Below, piece after piece: positions 1 to 9,257 of a DNA stretch of 64,000 nt (within the stretch, counting starts at the first letter, position 1; every line of letters begins with the position of its first letter). The position numbers were made by a program, and so were the translations under genes. A model generated the notes under the pieces. The model was not told the DNA's origin. It did no database searches and was given only the letters and a program-made list of their open reading frames with translations. Where the stretch lies: the NCBI GenBank assembly GCA_964578625.1, contig CAZODQ010000005.1, positions 1,260 to 65,259 of the forward strand, given 5' to 3'. The stretch comes from an uncultured Actinomycetota bacterium. GTDB taxonomy: Bacteria > Actinomycetota > Humimicrobiia > Humimicrobiales > Humimicrobiaceae.

Positions 1-7
1 GGTTACA

Positions 8-838
8 ATGCGTACGGATCAGGGTATAAAAGCAATAAGAAAGGTTAAAGAAGCTTATCCTGATATGCTTATAGGTGCTGGCACTGTCCTTACCTTGGAG
101 AAAGCAAAGGAATCTGTAGATGCGGGAGCAGAATTTATTGTATCACCTGGATTAGATATTGAACTGGTTGAATGGTGCCAGAATAAAAAAATAGCTATAA
201 CGCCCGGAGTTGTTACACCGACGGATATACAAAAGGCTTTAAAGTATAACATTACAATACTTAAATTTTTCCCTGCAGATGTTTTTGGCGGCGTTAAAGG
301 ATGTAAAGCACTATATGGCCCATTCAGGATGGTCAAATTTATACCTACCGGTGGGGCAAATAAAGAAAATCTTGGAGATTATGCAGATAAAAATTATGTA
401 CACGCAATAGGAGGAAGCTGGTTGTGTAGGCCTGCAGATATTAACAATAAAAATTTTGAAAAAATTACCCGGAATGTAAGTGAATCTATTAATATATTAT
501 TGGGATTTGAGATAGCTCATATTGGAATTAACGCAGAGAATGAAAAAGAATCACTAGCAGCTGCTGAAATGTTTTCGGATGCCTTTGGGTTTGATCTAAA
601 AAAAGGTAATTCATCTAATTTTTCTGGTGCAGGAATAGAAGTAAATAAATCAAAAGGATTGGGAACTATGGGACATATAGCAATTAGGACTAATAGTATC
701 CCGAGAGCAGTATATTATTTAGGAAAAAAGGGTTATGATGTTGATTGGAGTACCAGAAAAGGAACTGAGCAAAAAACAGTTGCAGTATATCTTAAAAATG
801 AAATAAGTGGCTTTGCTGTACACCTTTTACAGAAATAA
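8..838 (+). CDS. eda: 2-dehydro-3-deoxyphosphogluconate (KDPG) aldolase, N-terminus cut by window edge, with ~100-aa C-terminal VOC/glyoxalase-like extension
   Basis: ORF translation matches the Eda/KHG aldolase core (GAGTVL...FIVSPG...KFFPA...GG...PTGG...IGGSWL). The tail (HIGINAEN...[14 protein letters not shown]...) resembles a VOC fold. The ORF begins at the window edge. Confidence 0.75.
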   Translation: MRTDQGIKAIRKVKEAYPDMLIGAGTVLTLEKAKESVDAGAEFIVSPGLDIELVEWCQNKKIAITPGVVTPTDIQKALKYNITILKFFPADVFGGVKGCKALYGPFRMVKFIPTGGANKENLGDYADKNYVHAIGGSWLCRPADINNKNFEKITRNVSESINILLGFEIAHIGINAENEKESLAAAEMFSDAFGFDLKKGNSSNFSGAGIEVNKSKGLGTMGHIAIRTNSIPRAVYYLGKKGYDVDWSTRKGTEQKTVAVYLKNEISGFAVHLLQK

Positions 839-852
839 GGGAGGAAGCTAGG

Positions 853-1887
853 ATGAATATTAAAAGAATAGTTACTTTTGGAGAGGTGATGTTAAGGCTA
901 AAATCACCTGGTTTTGAAAGGTTTTTCCAGTCACCCTTGCTGGAAGCGACTTTCGGAGGCGGGGAAGCAAATGTGGCTATATCACTTGCTAACTTTGGTT
1001 TTGATGTTGCTTTCTGCACGGCACTGCCAAAAAATAGAATTGGAGATGCATGTGTGGGTGAATTAAAGCGATTTGGAGTTGATACTTCTCTAATAATCCG
1101 AAATGGTGGAAGGATGGGAGTTTATTATCTTGAGAGCGGGGCAAACCAGCGTCCTTCGATTGTAGTTTATGACAGAAGTCATTCAGCTATATCCACAGCT
1201 AAACCTGGTGATATAGATTGGGAAAAAGTTTTCAGTGATGCAGATTGGTTTCATATTACCGGTATAGCACCTGCAATATCAGAAAGCGCTATGGAACTTT
1301 CATTCGAGGCAGTAAAGAGAGCCAGAGAAAAGGGAGTGATCATATCCTGTGATTTTAATTACAGAGGTAAACTCTGGAAATATGGAAAATCGGCAACGGA
1401 TGTAATGCCCGAAATTGTAAAATATATAGATTACGGAATTGCAAATGAAGAAGACTGCCAGAAGTCTCTGGGTATTAAAGTTGATATAGAAGTGGAGAGC
1501 GGAATGCTTGATACGGAGAAATATAAAGTACTAAGTGAAAAAGTTTTAAAAATTTTTCCCAATATGAAAGCTATAGCTATTACCTTAAGGGAAAGTACAA
1601 GTGCCAATATAAATGGTTGGTCCGGATGTATGAATGATAGAGAAAAATTCTATTTGAGCAAGAAATATGAAATCAGTGATATAGTGGATAGAGTGGGTGG
1701 CGGAGACGCATTTGCAGCTGGATTAATATATGGTTTAAACACTTATAAAAATAAACAGGATGCACTTGAATTTGCAGTTGCAGCAAGCTGCCTGAAACAT
1801 TCAATAATGGGAGATTTCAACAGAGTATCGGTTGCGGAAGTTGAGAAATTGAAAAGTGGAGATGCTTCGGGAAGAGTGCAGAGGTGA
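853..1887 (+). CDS. kdgK: 2-dehydro-3-deoxygluconokinase, PfkB family sugar kinase
   Basis: GGGEANVA N-terminal motif and [17 protein letters not shown]-terminal PfkB signature. It is adjacent to eda, giving an Entner-Doudoroff/KDG pair. Confidence 0.8.
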   Translation: MNIKRIVTFGEVMLRLKSPGFERFFQSPLLEATFGGGEANVAISLANFGFDVAFCTALPKNRIGDACVGELKRFGVDTSLIIRNGGRMGVYYLESGANQRPSIVVYDRSHSAISTAKPGDIDWEKVFSDADWFHITGIAPAISESAMELSFEAVKRAREKGVIISCDFNYRGKLWKYGKSATDVMPEIVKYIDYGIANEEDCQKSLGIKVDIEVESGMLDTEKYKVLSEKVLKIFPNMKAIAITLRESTSANINGWSGCMNDREKFYLSKKYEISDIVDRVGGGDAFAAGLIYGLNTYKNKQDALEFAVAASCLKHSIMGDFNRVSVAEVEKLKSGDASGRVQR

Positions 1888-2049
1888 CAGCAGGTAGCTT
1901 TTCATCTGCTTGATAATTTAAGGTGATCATATCTTAAAGACATATTCATTGAAATTTACTTGTTATTAATTTAAATCAAAACTGGCAGCTTGATTATAAT
2001 GTTAATAAATGTATTATTATGATAGATTTTGAAATATTAATTTAAGGTG

Positions 2050-2289
2050 ATGAGCTTGAGGTTTGTAGATTATAAATGCAAGGACTGTAAATGTATTACA
2101 GAGATAGTTATAACCGGAGATAATAAAGCTCAAATAAGATGTAAAAAATGCGGCAGTGAGAACATGGTAAAGGTCTTTTCTCCGGTAGGAATAAAAAGCT
2201 CATCTGATGAAAGTGATTACTCACAGAGTTCCTCATCATGCAGCAGTTGTACCAGCAGCAGCTGCAGTACCTGCTCCAGCGGTAAATAA
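2050..2289 (+). CDS. FmdB-family zinc-ribbon protein (CxxC-CxxC) with Ser/Cys-rich C-terminal tail
   Basis: MSLRFVDYKCKDCK...CKKCGS followed by SSSDESDYSQSSSSCSSCTSSSCSTCSSGK, matching the CxxC_CxxC_SSSS architecture. The ATG at 2050 is in frame after the GTG at 2047. Confidence 0.6.
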   Translation: MSLRFVDYKCKDCKCITEIVITGDNKAQIRCKKCGSENMVKVFSPVGIKSSSDESDYSQSSSSCSSCTSSSCSTCSSGK

Positions 2290-2317
2290 TTATAGGTACT
2301 TTTTTCCATGTATCTAG

Positions 2318-2851
2318 TTATTTTAATAACTCTGCAAATTTATTTTTAAATTTTACGATCTTTGGAGATATAACAATCTGACAGTAAGACCTGGAATTGT
2401 TATTGTCAAAATATTTTTGATGATGATCTTCTGCCTTAAAAAATTTGTCCAGGGGTATTATTTCAGTCACTATGGATTTTAGGGAAGCTCTTTTCTTTTT
2501 TAAATCACTGATAAATTCCTCTGTAGTTTTTTTCTGGACCGGCGAATTAAACAAAATTACTGAACGGTATTGTTCTCCTATATCATCCCCCTGCCTGTCA
2601 GGGGTGGTGGGATCGTGAATATAGAAAAAAACTTCCAGAAGCTGCCTGTAGGTCACGATTTCCGGGTTGAATTTGATTTTAACCACTTCCGCATGGCCGG
2701 TATTCCCAGAACATACTTCTTCATATGTAGGATTTTCTTTAAGTCCCCCTGCATACCCTGATTCAACACTTTCTACTCCTTTGATCTGTGAAAAGATTGA
2801 ATCCAGACACCAAAAACAGCCTCCGCCGAAGACTGCAGTTTCATATTTCAT
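2318..2851 (-). CDS. msrA: peptide methionine sulfoxide reductase MsrA
   Basis: GGGCFWC active-site motif near the N-terminus and a length of ~177 aa. The ATG at 2851 lies 3 nt inside the ORF-track start at 2854. Confidence 0.8.
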   Translation of the reverse strand: MKYETAVFGGGCFWCLDSIFSQIKGVESVESGYAGGLKENPTYEEVCSGNTGHAEVVKIKFNPEIVTYRQLLEVFFYIHDPTTPDRQGDDIGEQYRSVILFNSPVQKKTTEEFISDLKKKRASLKSIVTEIIPLDKFFKAEDHHQKYFDNNNSRSYCQIVISPKIVKFKNKFAELLK

Positions 2852-2855
2852 CACA

Positions 2856-2908
2856 GCCTGCTCTTTATTTCAGGTAATAATAATCAAATATATCATTAAA
2901 GAGCAGGC
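2856..2908 (-). promoter_or_regulatory. 12-bp stem hairpin in the msrA 5' leader, ending 5 nt upstream of the start codon and covering the presumed SD region
   Basis: gcctgctcttta ... taaagagcaggc is a perfect inverted repeat (12-bp stem, 29-nt loop) read directly from the sequence. Confidence 0.35.
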
Positions 2909-3105
2909 GGTAAAAGTCCAGGGCAGAACTAATTGAATTTATTGAGCAATATTTTTACTTGTCGTCTGTTTATAGTGCATGATAAAATACATAAGTTTGT
3001 GGCAAATTGTGGTAAAATTGCCTGGTATAATTCCGGAGTTTTATTTTAAATGAAGCTCTGCACTGATAAAATATCCTAGAAGAAATAAGTAGAAACTAAA
3101 TATAG

Positions 3106-4101
3106 ATGAACGATATAAATAATAACAATATTATAGAAGTAAAAAACCTGGTCAAGCTGTTTAAGAAAGTAAAAGCAATAGATGATATCACATTTTCAGT
3201 AAAAGAAGATGAAATATTCGGCTTTTTAGGTCCTAACGGTGCCGGAAAGACTACTACTATAAATATAATATGCACACTACTGTCAAAAACTTCCGGTGAG
3301 GTCATCCTAAACGGATATGATGTATCAAGAGAAAGAAATAAAATAAGGAATTGCATTGGAATGGTTTTTCAGGACCCCAGTCTCGACGATAGGTTGACTG
3401 CACTTGAGAATCTACATTTTCACGGTCTTTTATATAATATTCCCCGAAAAGAGTTGAAGGTGAGGTCCGAGGAAGTACTTGAGATGGTAAATCTTACCGA
3501 CAGAAAGAACAGCCTGGTAATGACTTATTCCGGCGGTATGAAAAGAAGGCTTGAGATAGCAAGAGGACTTCTGCATTACCCAAAAATATTATTCTTGGAT
3601 GAACCCACTTTGGGCCTGGATCCGCAGACCAGAAATAAAATATGGGATTATATCATAAAGCTAAAAAAGAGTAAGAATATCACCATCTTCTTGACATCAC
3701 ATTATATGGAAGAAACTGAGATATGCGACCGGATAGCTATTATAGATAAGGGGAAGATCATTGCCCTGGACAGCCCGGAAAATCTTAAAAACACAATCGG
3801 TGGGGATATTATCACTATATTATCAGAGGATAATGTTAAATTAGTAAGGTATATAGAAGAATTGACCGGCAGTGAAGTCTATGATGCAAAAGGGGAAAAA
3901 ATCAGGTTTGAAGTTAGGGATAGTTCGAGCTTTATACCGAAATTTATTAAAAACAGTCCGGTAAAAATCCTATCTATAAGTGCCAGAAAGCCCACATTAA
4001 ATGATGTTTTTCTGGATCTTACCGGCAGGGAAATAAGGGAAGAGAATGCCAGTGCTAAAGACACTATGAGAATGCGGATGAGGGGGAGAATGAGACATTG
4101 A
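3106..4101 (+). CDS. ABC transporter ATP-binding protein (ABC-2 exporter type)
   Basis: Walker A GPNGAGKTTT, signature LSGGMKRRLEIA and Walker B LFLDEPT. The stop overlaps the start of the downstream permease. Confidence 0.85.
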   Translation: MNDINNNNIIEVKNLVKLFKKVKAIDDITFSVKEDEIFGFLGPNGAGKTTTINIICTLLSKTSGEVILNGYDVSRERNKIRNCIGMVFQDPSLDDRLTALENLHFHGLLYNIPRKELKVRSEEVLEMVNLTDRKNSLVMTYSGGMKRRLEIARGLLHYPKILFLDEPTLGLDPQTRNKIWDYIIKLKKSKNITIFLTSHYMEETEICDRIAIIDKGKIIALDSPENLKNTIGGDIITILSEDNVKLVRYIEELTGSEVYDAKGEKIRFEVRDSSSFIPKFIKNSPVKILSISARKPTLNDVFLDLTGREIREENASAKDTMRMRMRGRMRH

Positions 4102-4868
4102 AGAAGGAATTGATCGGTATATATACCATATGGCTCAGGGACATTAAAAGATATTTCAGGGACAAGCCAAGGATAATCGGCTCGTTTGCCCAGCCCATCC
4201 TTTTTTTATTTGTACTGGGGACCGGGATTGCCAGTTCCTTCAGTACCTTTGGAGGCGGAGGCGGTAAAGAATTCCTGAACTTTATGTTCCCGGGTATTGT
4301 AGGCATGACTGTCCTCTTTACTTCTTTTTTCAGTGCCATGTCAATCGTGTGGGACAGGGAGTTCGGGTTCTTGAGAGAAGTTCTTGTAGCACCGATATCC
4401 AGGACTTCTATAGTCGTAGGGAAACTGCTTGGCGGTTCCACCATAGCTATGATCCAGGGTTCGATAATACTGCTTTTCAGCCCTCTTCTCAATATACCTA
4501 TTACTTTTTTAATATTTTTTAAGGTTCTGGGTATCATGTTTTTAGTTGCTATGACCATCTCTACTATGGGGATTATACTGGCCTCTGTAATAAAATCCAT
4601 GCAGGCCTTCCAGGTAATAACCAATTTCCTTCTTATGCCGATGTTTTTCCTTTCAGGTGCGTTGTTTCCTTTAAATAACACGGTCAAGTGGATGAACGTG
4701 GTTTCAAAAGTCAACCCTCTTTCTTACGGAATCGACGCAATGAGGTTTGTAATATTAAATAACTCTGCTCTGCAGTTGTATCCTATGTGGCTGAATGTTA
4801 CGGTACTGGTATGTTTAATAGTTATACTAAGTGTATTGGGTTCTTTCTTATTCAACAGGCAGGAGTAA
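4098..4868 (+). CDS. ABC-2 family transporter permease
   Basis: Six predicted TM segments of the ABC-2 type, translationally coupled to the ATPase through an ATGA overlap. Confidence 0.75.
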   Translation: MKKELIGIYTIWLRDIKRYFRDKPRIIGSFAQPILFLFVLGTGIASSFSTFGGGGGKEFLNFMFPGIVGMTVLFTSFFSAMSIVWDREFGFLREVLVAPISRTSIVVGKLLGGSTIAMIQGSIILLFSPLLNIPITFLIFFKVLGIMFLVAMTISTMGIILASVIKSMQAFQVITNFLLMPMFFLSGALFPLNNTVKWMNVVSKVNPLSYGIDAMRFVILNNSALQLYPMWLNVTVLVCLIVILSVLGSFLFNRQE

Positions 4869-4878
4869 AGATTTTATT

Positions 4879-5709
4879 TTAGAAGATGATACTTGCCTCA
4901 TCAAGGATCTTTGATGCTGTCTTGTGGTCTGCTCCTATTAAATCAGCCAATTTGTTTATATTTAAGCCTTTAAGCTCTTTAACCAGTATTATATCGGAGT
5001 AAAATAATTTTTCCTTCTGTCTTTCGGTTATTGCGGAAAGAATGCTTATGGGATAAAGCTTCCTGGTTTCTATAAAATACTGCAGGTTTTCTATCTTTGG
5101 ATAATGCCAGGCCAAAACCTTTAAACCTACACAGTTGGAATATTTTATGGCATCAGATGTGCATTTTGTGTTTGTTACCAGCCATGCTTCAAGCGGAATA
5201 CTGTCACTATTTTTTATCATTCGAGCCTTTTTTATATCCAGAAACCTACTGTGGATATAAAGAGCAGTTTTTATATCAGACTTTGTTCCTGGTGAGTTAT
5301 GATATTTGCATTCTATAAGGTATGTATTATTATCCTTTGTTGCTACTACGTCTACTTCATGTTCAACGCAGTAGCCTTTTAAAATCTGGTCCACTTCTGT
5401 GATAAACCCATATACTCTTAGGATTTTTGCCATATATTTTTCAAAAATATAACCTTCAGGTCCCATATTCATGATAGCTCTTTTTAATGAGTATTTTAGA
5501 GCAACTCCGGGTTCCAGTGTTTTCAGATGTTCCAGGGCCTTATGGTAGATTTCATCAGTGCTCATATTATGTTTTATTTTTTTATTTATGGTTTTGGTTG
5601 CTTCTGCTGCCATATCGGTAGATGCTCCTGCTTTTTTAAAAGATAAATTTATTTTTCCTTTATTGTATGGCTCTTTTTTACCGTCGGCCTTTATAATATA
5701 TTTTTCCAT
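4879..5709 (-). CDS. ATP-cone domain fused to Mrr-like (PD-(D/E)xK) restriction endonuclease-like domain protein
   Basis: The N-terminus (IIKADGKKEPYNKGKINLSFKKAGAS) matches the NrdR/RNR ATP-cone. The C-terminus (HEVDVVA...YLIECKYH) carries a D...ExK Mrr_cat-like motif. Confidence 0.6.
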   Translation of the reverse strand: MEKYIIKADGKKEPYNKGKINLSFKKAGASTDMAAEATKTINKKIKHNMSTDEIYHKALEHLKTLEPGVALKYSLKRAIMNMGPEGYIFEKYMAKILRVYGFITEVDQILKGYCVEHEVDVVATKDNNTYLIECKYHNSPGTKSDIKTALYIHSRFLDIKKARMIKNSDSIPLEAWLVTNTKCTSDAIKYSNCVGLKVLAWHYPKIENLQYFIETRKLYPISILSAITERQKEKLFYSDIILVKELKGLNINKLADLIGADHKTASKILDEASIIF

Positions 5710-5773
5710 GGCTGTTTAAGGTATAATTTCTTTTGGTGTATTATATCATTTTTTTAAAAAGGATAATCTTAAG

Positions 5774-7477
5774 TTGTTTACAGGCCAAGACTTTAATTGG
5801 AAATTAAAATGTTTTTTAATTCCTCTTGTAATATTGTTTATTGCAGTTTTCTCATCGTGTAAAACTGCATTGATACAGACGAAAGAAGTTTCGGCTGAAA
5901 ATGGGATTACGGAAGAAAAGGTCGCAAATATATTACCATCGTATGATTTATGTGGTTTTGTCCTGGAAGGCCAGGATGCATATTCTACTGTTTTATTATG
6001 GCTGGGTGATGATGAGAAAAACAGGCAGTCAAAAGGTTACCTGTGTTTTGATATCAGCGAGCTTTATAATTTGAGAAATATAAATATTTTAGATGCGTCG
6101 CTGCGTATACCAGATGATATGTACATACAGATGAGAGGAGATCCGCTGCAGTTTTCGACTAAATTAATTGTAAATGTGGCCAAGTATGGAGATTCACTGG
6201 ATAAAGAAGATTTTGGAATTACAGCAGAGGGTTTTAAATCAGAAATAGGTCTGCAGCAGTATTTTGAAGAAATATATATAGGTGGATTGAAAGATTCCCT
6301 TAATGACGCATTGGCCGACGGAGAGAATAAACTGCAGTTCATTTTAGAGCTTGACTCAGCTACAGATAAAGACGGGGTACCCGATGGTTATACAGTCCAC
6401 ATAGAAAATGCTTGCCTGGAGGTTAAGTATACGGCAGATAATACATTAAATATTGCAGGTAAAAGTATGGAGGATACGGAATTTCTGGATGGACAGACAG
6501 AGAGTATAATAAAACTGCCTGAGCTGGCTGAATTTGAGAAATATAAGGCCGTAGGCGGACATTTAAGAGAAGCAGTATTTGCTGTAAATGATGCTGAAAA
6601 TTTAAGAAAAGACGGCATTAATACGGTGGCAATTTACCTGCAGGTTATTTTCAATGAAGAAAAAAGCGGTGAGATAATGATGCATGATGATATTGAAACA
6701 GTTAAAAAGCTAATAAACGCCCTGCACAGAGAAGGTTTTAGGACCATGATTATTGTGGATGCTACACATCCTCAATTCAATCACCTGCTGGATGAATCTG
6801 AGTATGATACAAAAAATTTACTTGAGCAGATTACCCCGTTGGTGCTGCAGTGGGCGCAAATATCGGAAGAATATGGTGTTGAGATGTTCGCTCCAATGTA
6901 TGAAGTACAACTGCTGGAGGGAGGTCCCGGCCGCTCTGCTTTTCCAGATGAGGAGAAAATTAATGATATCTCTTACTGGGCACAGGAGATACTGTTAAAA
7001 ATGAAAGAAATATATTCAGGTAAGCTGGCTTTCCATGTACAGAGTTATTCTGAAGGAATACCCAGATATGACCTGGAAGGATACGAGTATATTTTATTTG
7101 ACGGTTGCCCCTGTTTTAAAATATTTGAAAAAAACTCTGACCGGATGGAGGAACACTTCAGTTCCTATATGGATGATAGAATAGATGCATACCCGGGGGA
7201 AAAATACATTATTTTTACTGAATTTTTTACAGGTCCGGAGGTGGATTTTTTTGAGCCGATGGCTCCTGCGAATATGATCTGGGAAAATCCTGGTTCCCTG
7301 GAAGATGATTCCTACGCCATGACTTCACCGGAAACACAGGCAATGTGCTATAATTCTTTATTCTGGAACACCTGGAATGTTGTTTCAGGATATTGTATTG
7401 AAGTATTTAAGGGCTGTGAATACAGGGGAAAACCTGCTCAGAGTGTAATAAGGGAATGGTTTGGAAGAAACAGCTGA
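5774..7477 (+). CDS. lipoprotein, putative TIM-barrel glycoside hydrolase-like (GH5/GH113-like)
   Basis: Signal peptide with lipobox (FSSC). IFNEE is a candidate acid/base motif and IIFTEFFTG a candidate nucleophile motif, as in clan GH-A enzymes. Confidence 0.35.
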   Translation: MFTGQDFNWKLKCFLIPLVILFIAVFSSCKTALIQTKEVSAENGITEEKVANILPSYDLCGFVLEGQDAYSTVLLWLGDDEKNRQSKGYLCFDISELYNLRNINILDASLRIPDDMYIQMRGDPLQFSTKLIVNVAKYGDSLDKEDFGITAEGFKSEIGLQQYFEEIYIGGLKDSLNDALADGENKLQFILELDSATDKDGVPDGYTVHIENACLEVKYTADNTLNIAGKSMEDTEFLDGQTESIIKLPELAEFEKYKAVGGHLREAVFAVNDAENLRKDGINTVAIYLQVIFNEEKSGEIMMHDDIETVKKLINALHREGFRTMIIVDATHPQFNHLLDESEYDTKNLLEQITPLVLQWAQISEEYGVEMFAPMYEVQLLEGGPGRSAFPDEEKINDISYWAQEILLKMKEIYSGKLAFHVQSYSEGIPRYDLEGYEYILFDGCPCFKIFEKNSDRMEEHFSSYMDDRIDAYPGEKYIIFTEFFTGPEVDFFEPMAPANMIWENPGSLEDDSYAMTSPETQAMCYNSLFWNTWNVVSGYCIEVFKGCEYRGKPAQSVIREWFGRNS

Positions 7478-7523
7478 GATAGATCTTGTTCTGAGATATT
7501 AAAAAATTTTTAGTTTTAGACTA

Positions 7524-8387
7524 ATGAGCATTGTCAAAAGAAAAAATAAAAATCTTATTTATCCTGGTTTCTTATGGTTTTTTATTTTTTTCCTTCTTCC
7601 GCTGTCAGTCATATTGATATATGCAGTGACTAACCAGATCCTGTTTTCAGGGGAACCGGTAAGGTTTACTTTCGAGAATTTTATTGTTATTTTTCAAAAA
7701 AAACACTACCTTATAATACTTTTGAGGACTCTTAAAATCAGCTTTCTTACCACAGTGTTTTCTATGATATTCTCATATCCTGTAGCTTTTTATCTGGCGA
7801 AAAGAACCAGATTTGACAAGGTATTAATAGTGGTTTTAATGATACCTTTCTGGATCAATTATCTTATAAGAACTTTTGCATGGAAATTGATACTTTCCGA
7901 AAACGGAGTTTTAAATCAATTCCTTCTGTGGCTCGGTGTTATTGATGAACCATTAAGGGTATTGTACAGCCAGACTTCTGTCCTGCTTGGTCTTATATAT
8001 ACTTATACCCCAATGATGGTACTGCCGTTGTACGCATCACTTTTAAGAATTGATAATTCCCTTATAGAGGCATCGCTGGATTTAGGGGCATCAAGAGTCA
8101 GATCTTTCTTTGATATAACTTTTAAGTTAAGCCTTACAGGGATTTTTGCAGGAACACTTCTTGTGTTTATACCTGCTCTGGGTTCTTTTGCTATACCGGC
8201 GATACTAGGTGGAACAAATTCGGTGATGATCGGAAATATAATAGAGAATCAGTTCAGCAAAGTTGGTGATTGGAATTTCGGTTCCGCCTTTACCGTTGCG
8301 CTGGCACTGCTTTCAATAGCTCTGGTATTATTTTATTCAAAAATATTTGGACTGGAATCAATTTATAAAAATAGAGGTACTGTTTAG
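7524..8387 (+). CDS. ABC transporter permease (PotB/polyamine-type, BPD_transp_1)
   Basis: Multi-TM protein with an EAS-like loop (IEASLDLGASRVRSFFDITFKL). Confidence 0.75.
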   Translation: MSIVKRKNKNLIYPGFLWFFIFFLLPLSVILIYAVTNQILFSGEPVRFTFENFIVIFQKKHYLIILLRTLKISFLTTVFSMIFSYPVAFYLAKRTRFDKVLIVVLMIPFWINYLIRTFAWKLILSENGVLNQFLLWLGVIDEPLRVLYSQTSVLLGLIYTYTPMMVLPLYASLLRIDNSLIEASLDLGASRVRSFFDITFKLSLTGIFAGTLLVFIPALGSFAIPAILGGTNSVMIGNIIENQFSKVGDWNFGSAFTVALALLSIALVLFYSKIFGLESIYKNRGTV

Positions 8388-8398
8388 GTTTAATAGAG

Positions 8399-9199
8399 AT
8401 GAAAAATAAAAAACCAATTTTTTTAATAATATATACTGCGTTATTCTTCTTATATATTTTTATTCCCATCATCCTTATTTTCATATTTGCCTGGAACAGC
8501 GGTGAAGGTTATAGTTTCCCGCTAGAGGGTTTTACCTGGAAGTGGTTTGCAGAACTGTTCAGAGATCAGCTGGCAAAGAAAGCAATCGGAAACAGTGTCA
8601 TTATTGCAGTTTCATCAGCTACCATTTCAACTGTACTGGCAACGTTTTTATCCATAGGTCTCCTAAAAGGTTTGACCGGGAGGACCGGTTCTTTTTTAAT
8701 TTTACTTATACTTCCGGTAATAATGCCAAGCCTGACTATAGGAATATCAGCACTGGTATTTTTCAGGACCATAAACATTCCACTGGGAGTACCTATAGTG
8801 ATTTTGTCTCATGTATCTATAAGTATGAGTTATGTTTTTTTAATACTGATGGGAAGGATTGAAGAATTGTCATTGAACCTTCAGGAAGCTTCGATCGACC
8901 TCGGTGCAAGCTGGTTTTCGAGTATCAGGGATATAGTAATACCGTTTTTAATACCTGCTGCTATAGCAGGATGGCTGTTTGCTTTCATGATAAGCTGGAA
9001 TGAGTTTATAATAACCTACTTTTTAGTGGGGAATAATCTTACTCTTCCGGTTTATATATTTTCCCAGCTCAGGTTTGGTATTTCACCAAAGGTAAACGTT
9101 ATATCAGTACTTATAACTTTATTTACCTTAAGCATGATTGGAGTTCTGCTTTTAAGCAGAAAAATTTATGGGAAGATCTTAACGAAAGTAAAGATATAA
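8399..9199 (+). CDS. ABC transporter permease (PotC-like)
   Basis: Multi-TM protein with an EAA loop (QEASIDLGASWFSSIRDIVIP). Confidence 0.75.
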   Translation: MKNKKPIFLIIYTALFFLYIFIPIILIFIFAWNSGEGYSFPLEGFTWKWFAELFRDQLAKKAIGNSVIIAVSSATISTVLATFLSIGLLKGLTGRTGSFLILLILPVIMPSLTIGISALVFFRTINIPLGVPIVILSHVSISMSYVFLILMGRIEELSLNLQEASIDLGASWFSSIRDIVIPFLIPAAIAGWLFAFMISWNEFIITYFLVGNNLTLPVYIFSQLRFGISPKVNVISVLITLFTLSMIGVLLLSRKIYGKILTKVKI

Positions 9200-9257
9200 A
9201 CTACTTTTTTTAATCTTTTAATAAAGTATAATAAAAAAACAAAAACAGGAGGTTTTT

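Noticed and set aside
4060-4101. The MRMRMRGRMRH tail of the ABC ATPase, encoded by a short tandem atgaga/atgcgg repeat.
   Set aside because: It lies in the overlap with the permease start region. It is most likely low-complexity sequence at the coupled stop/start junction and not a functional motif. Five to six residues are too few to call.
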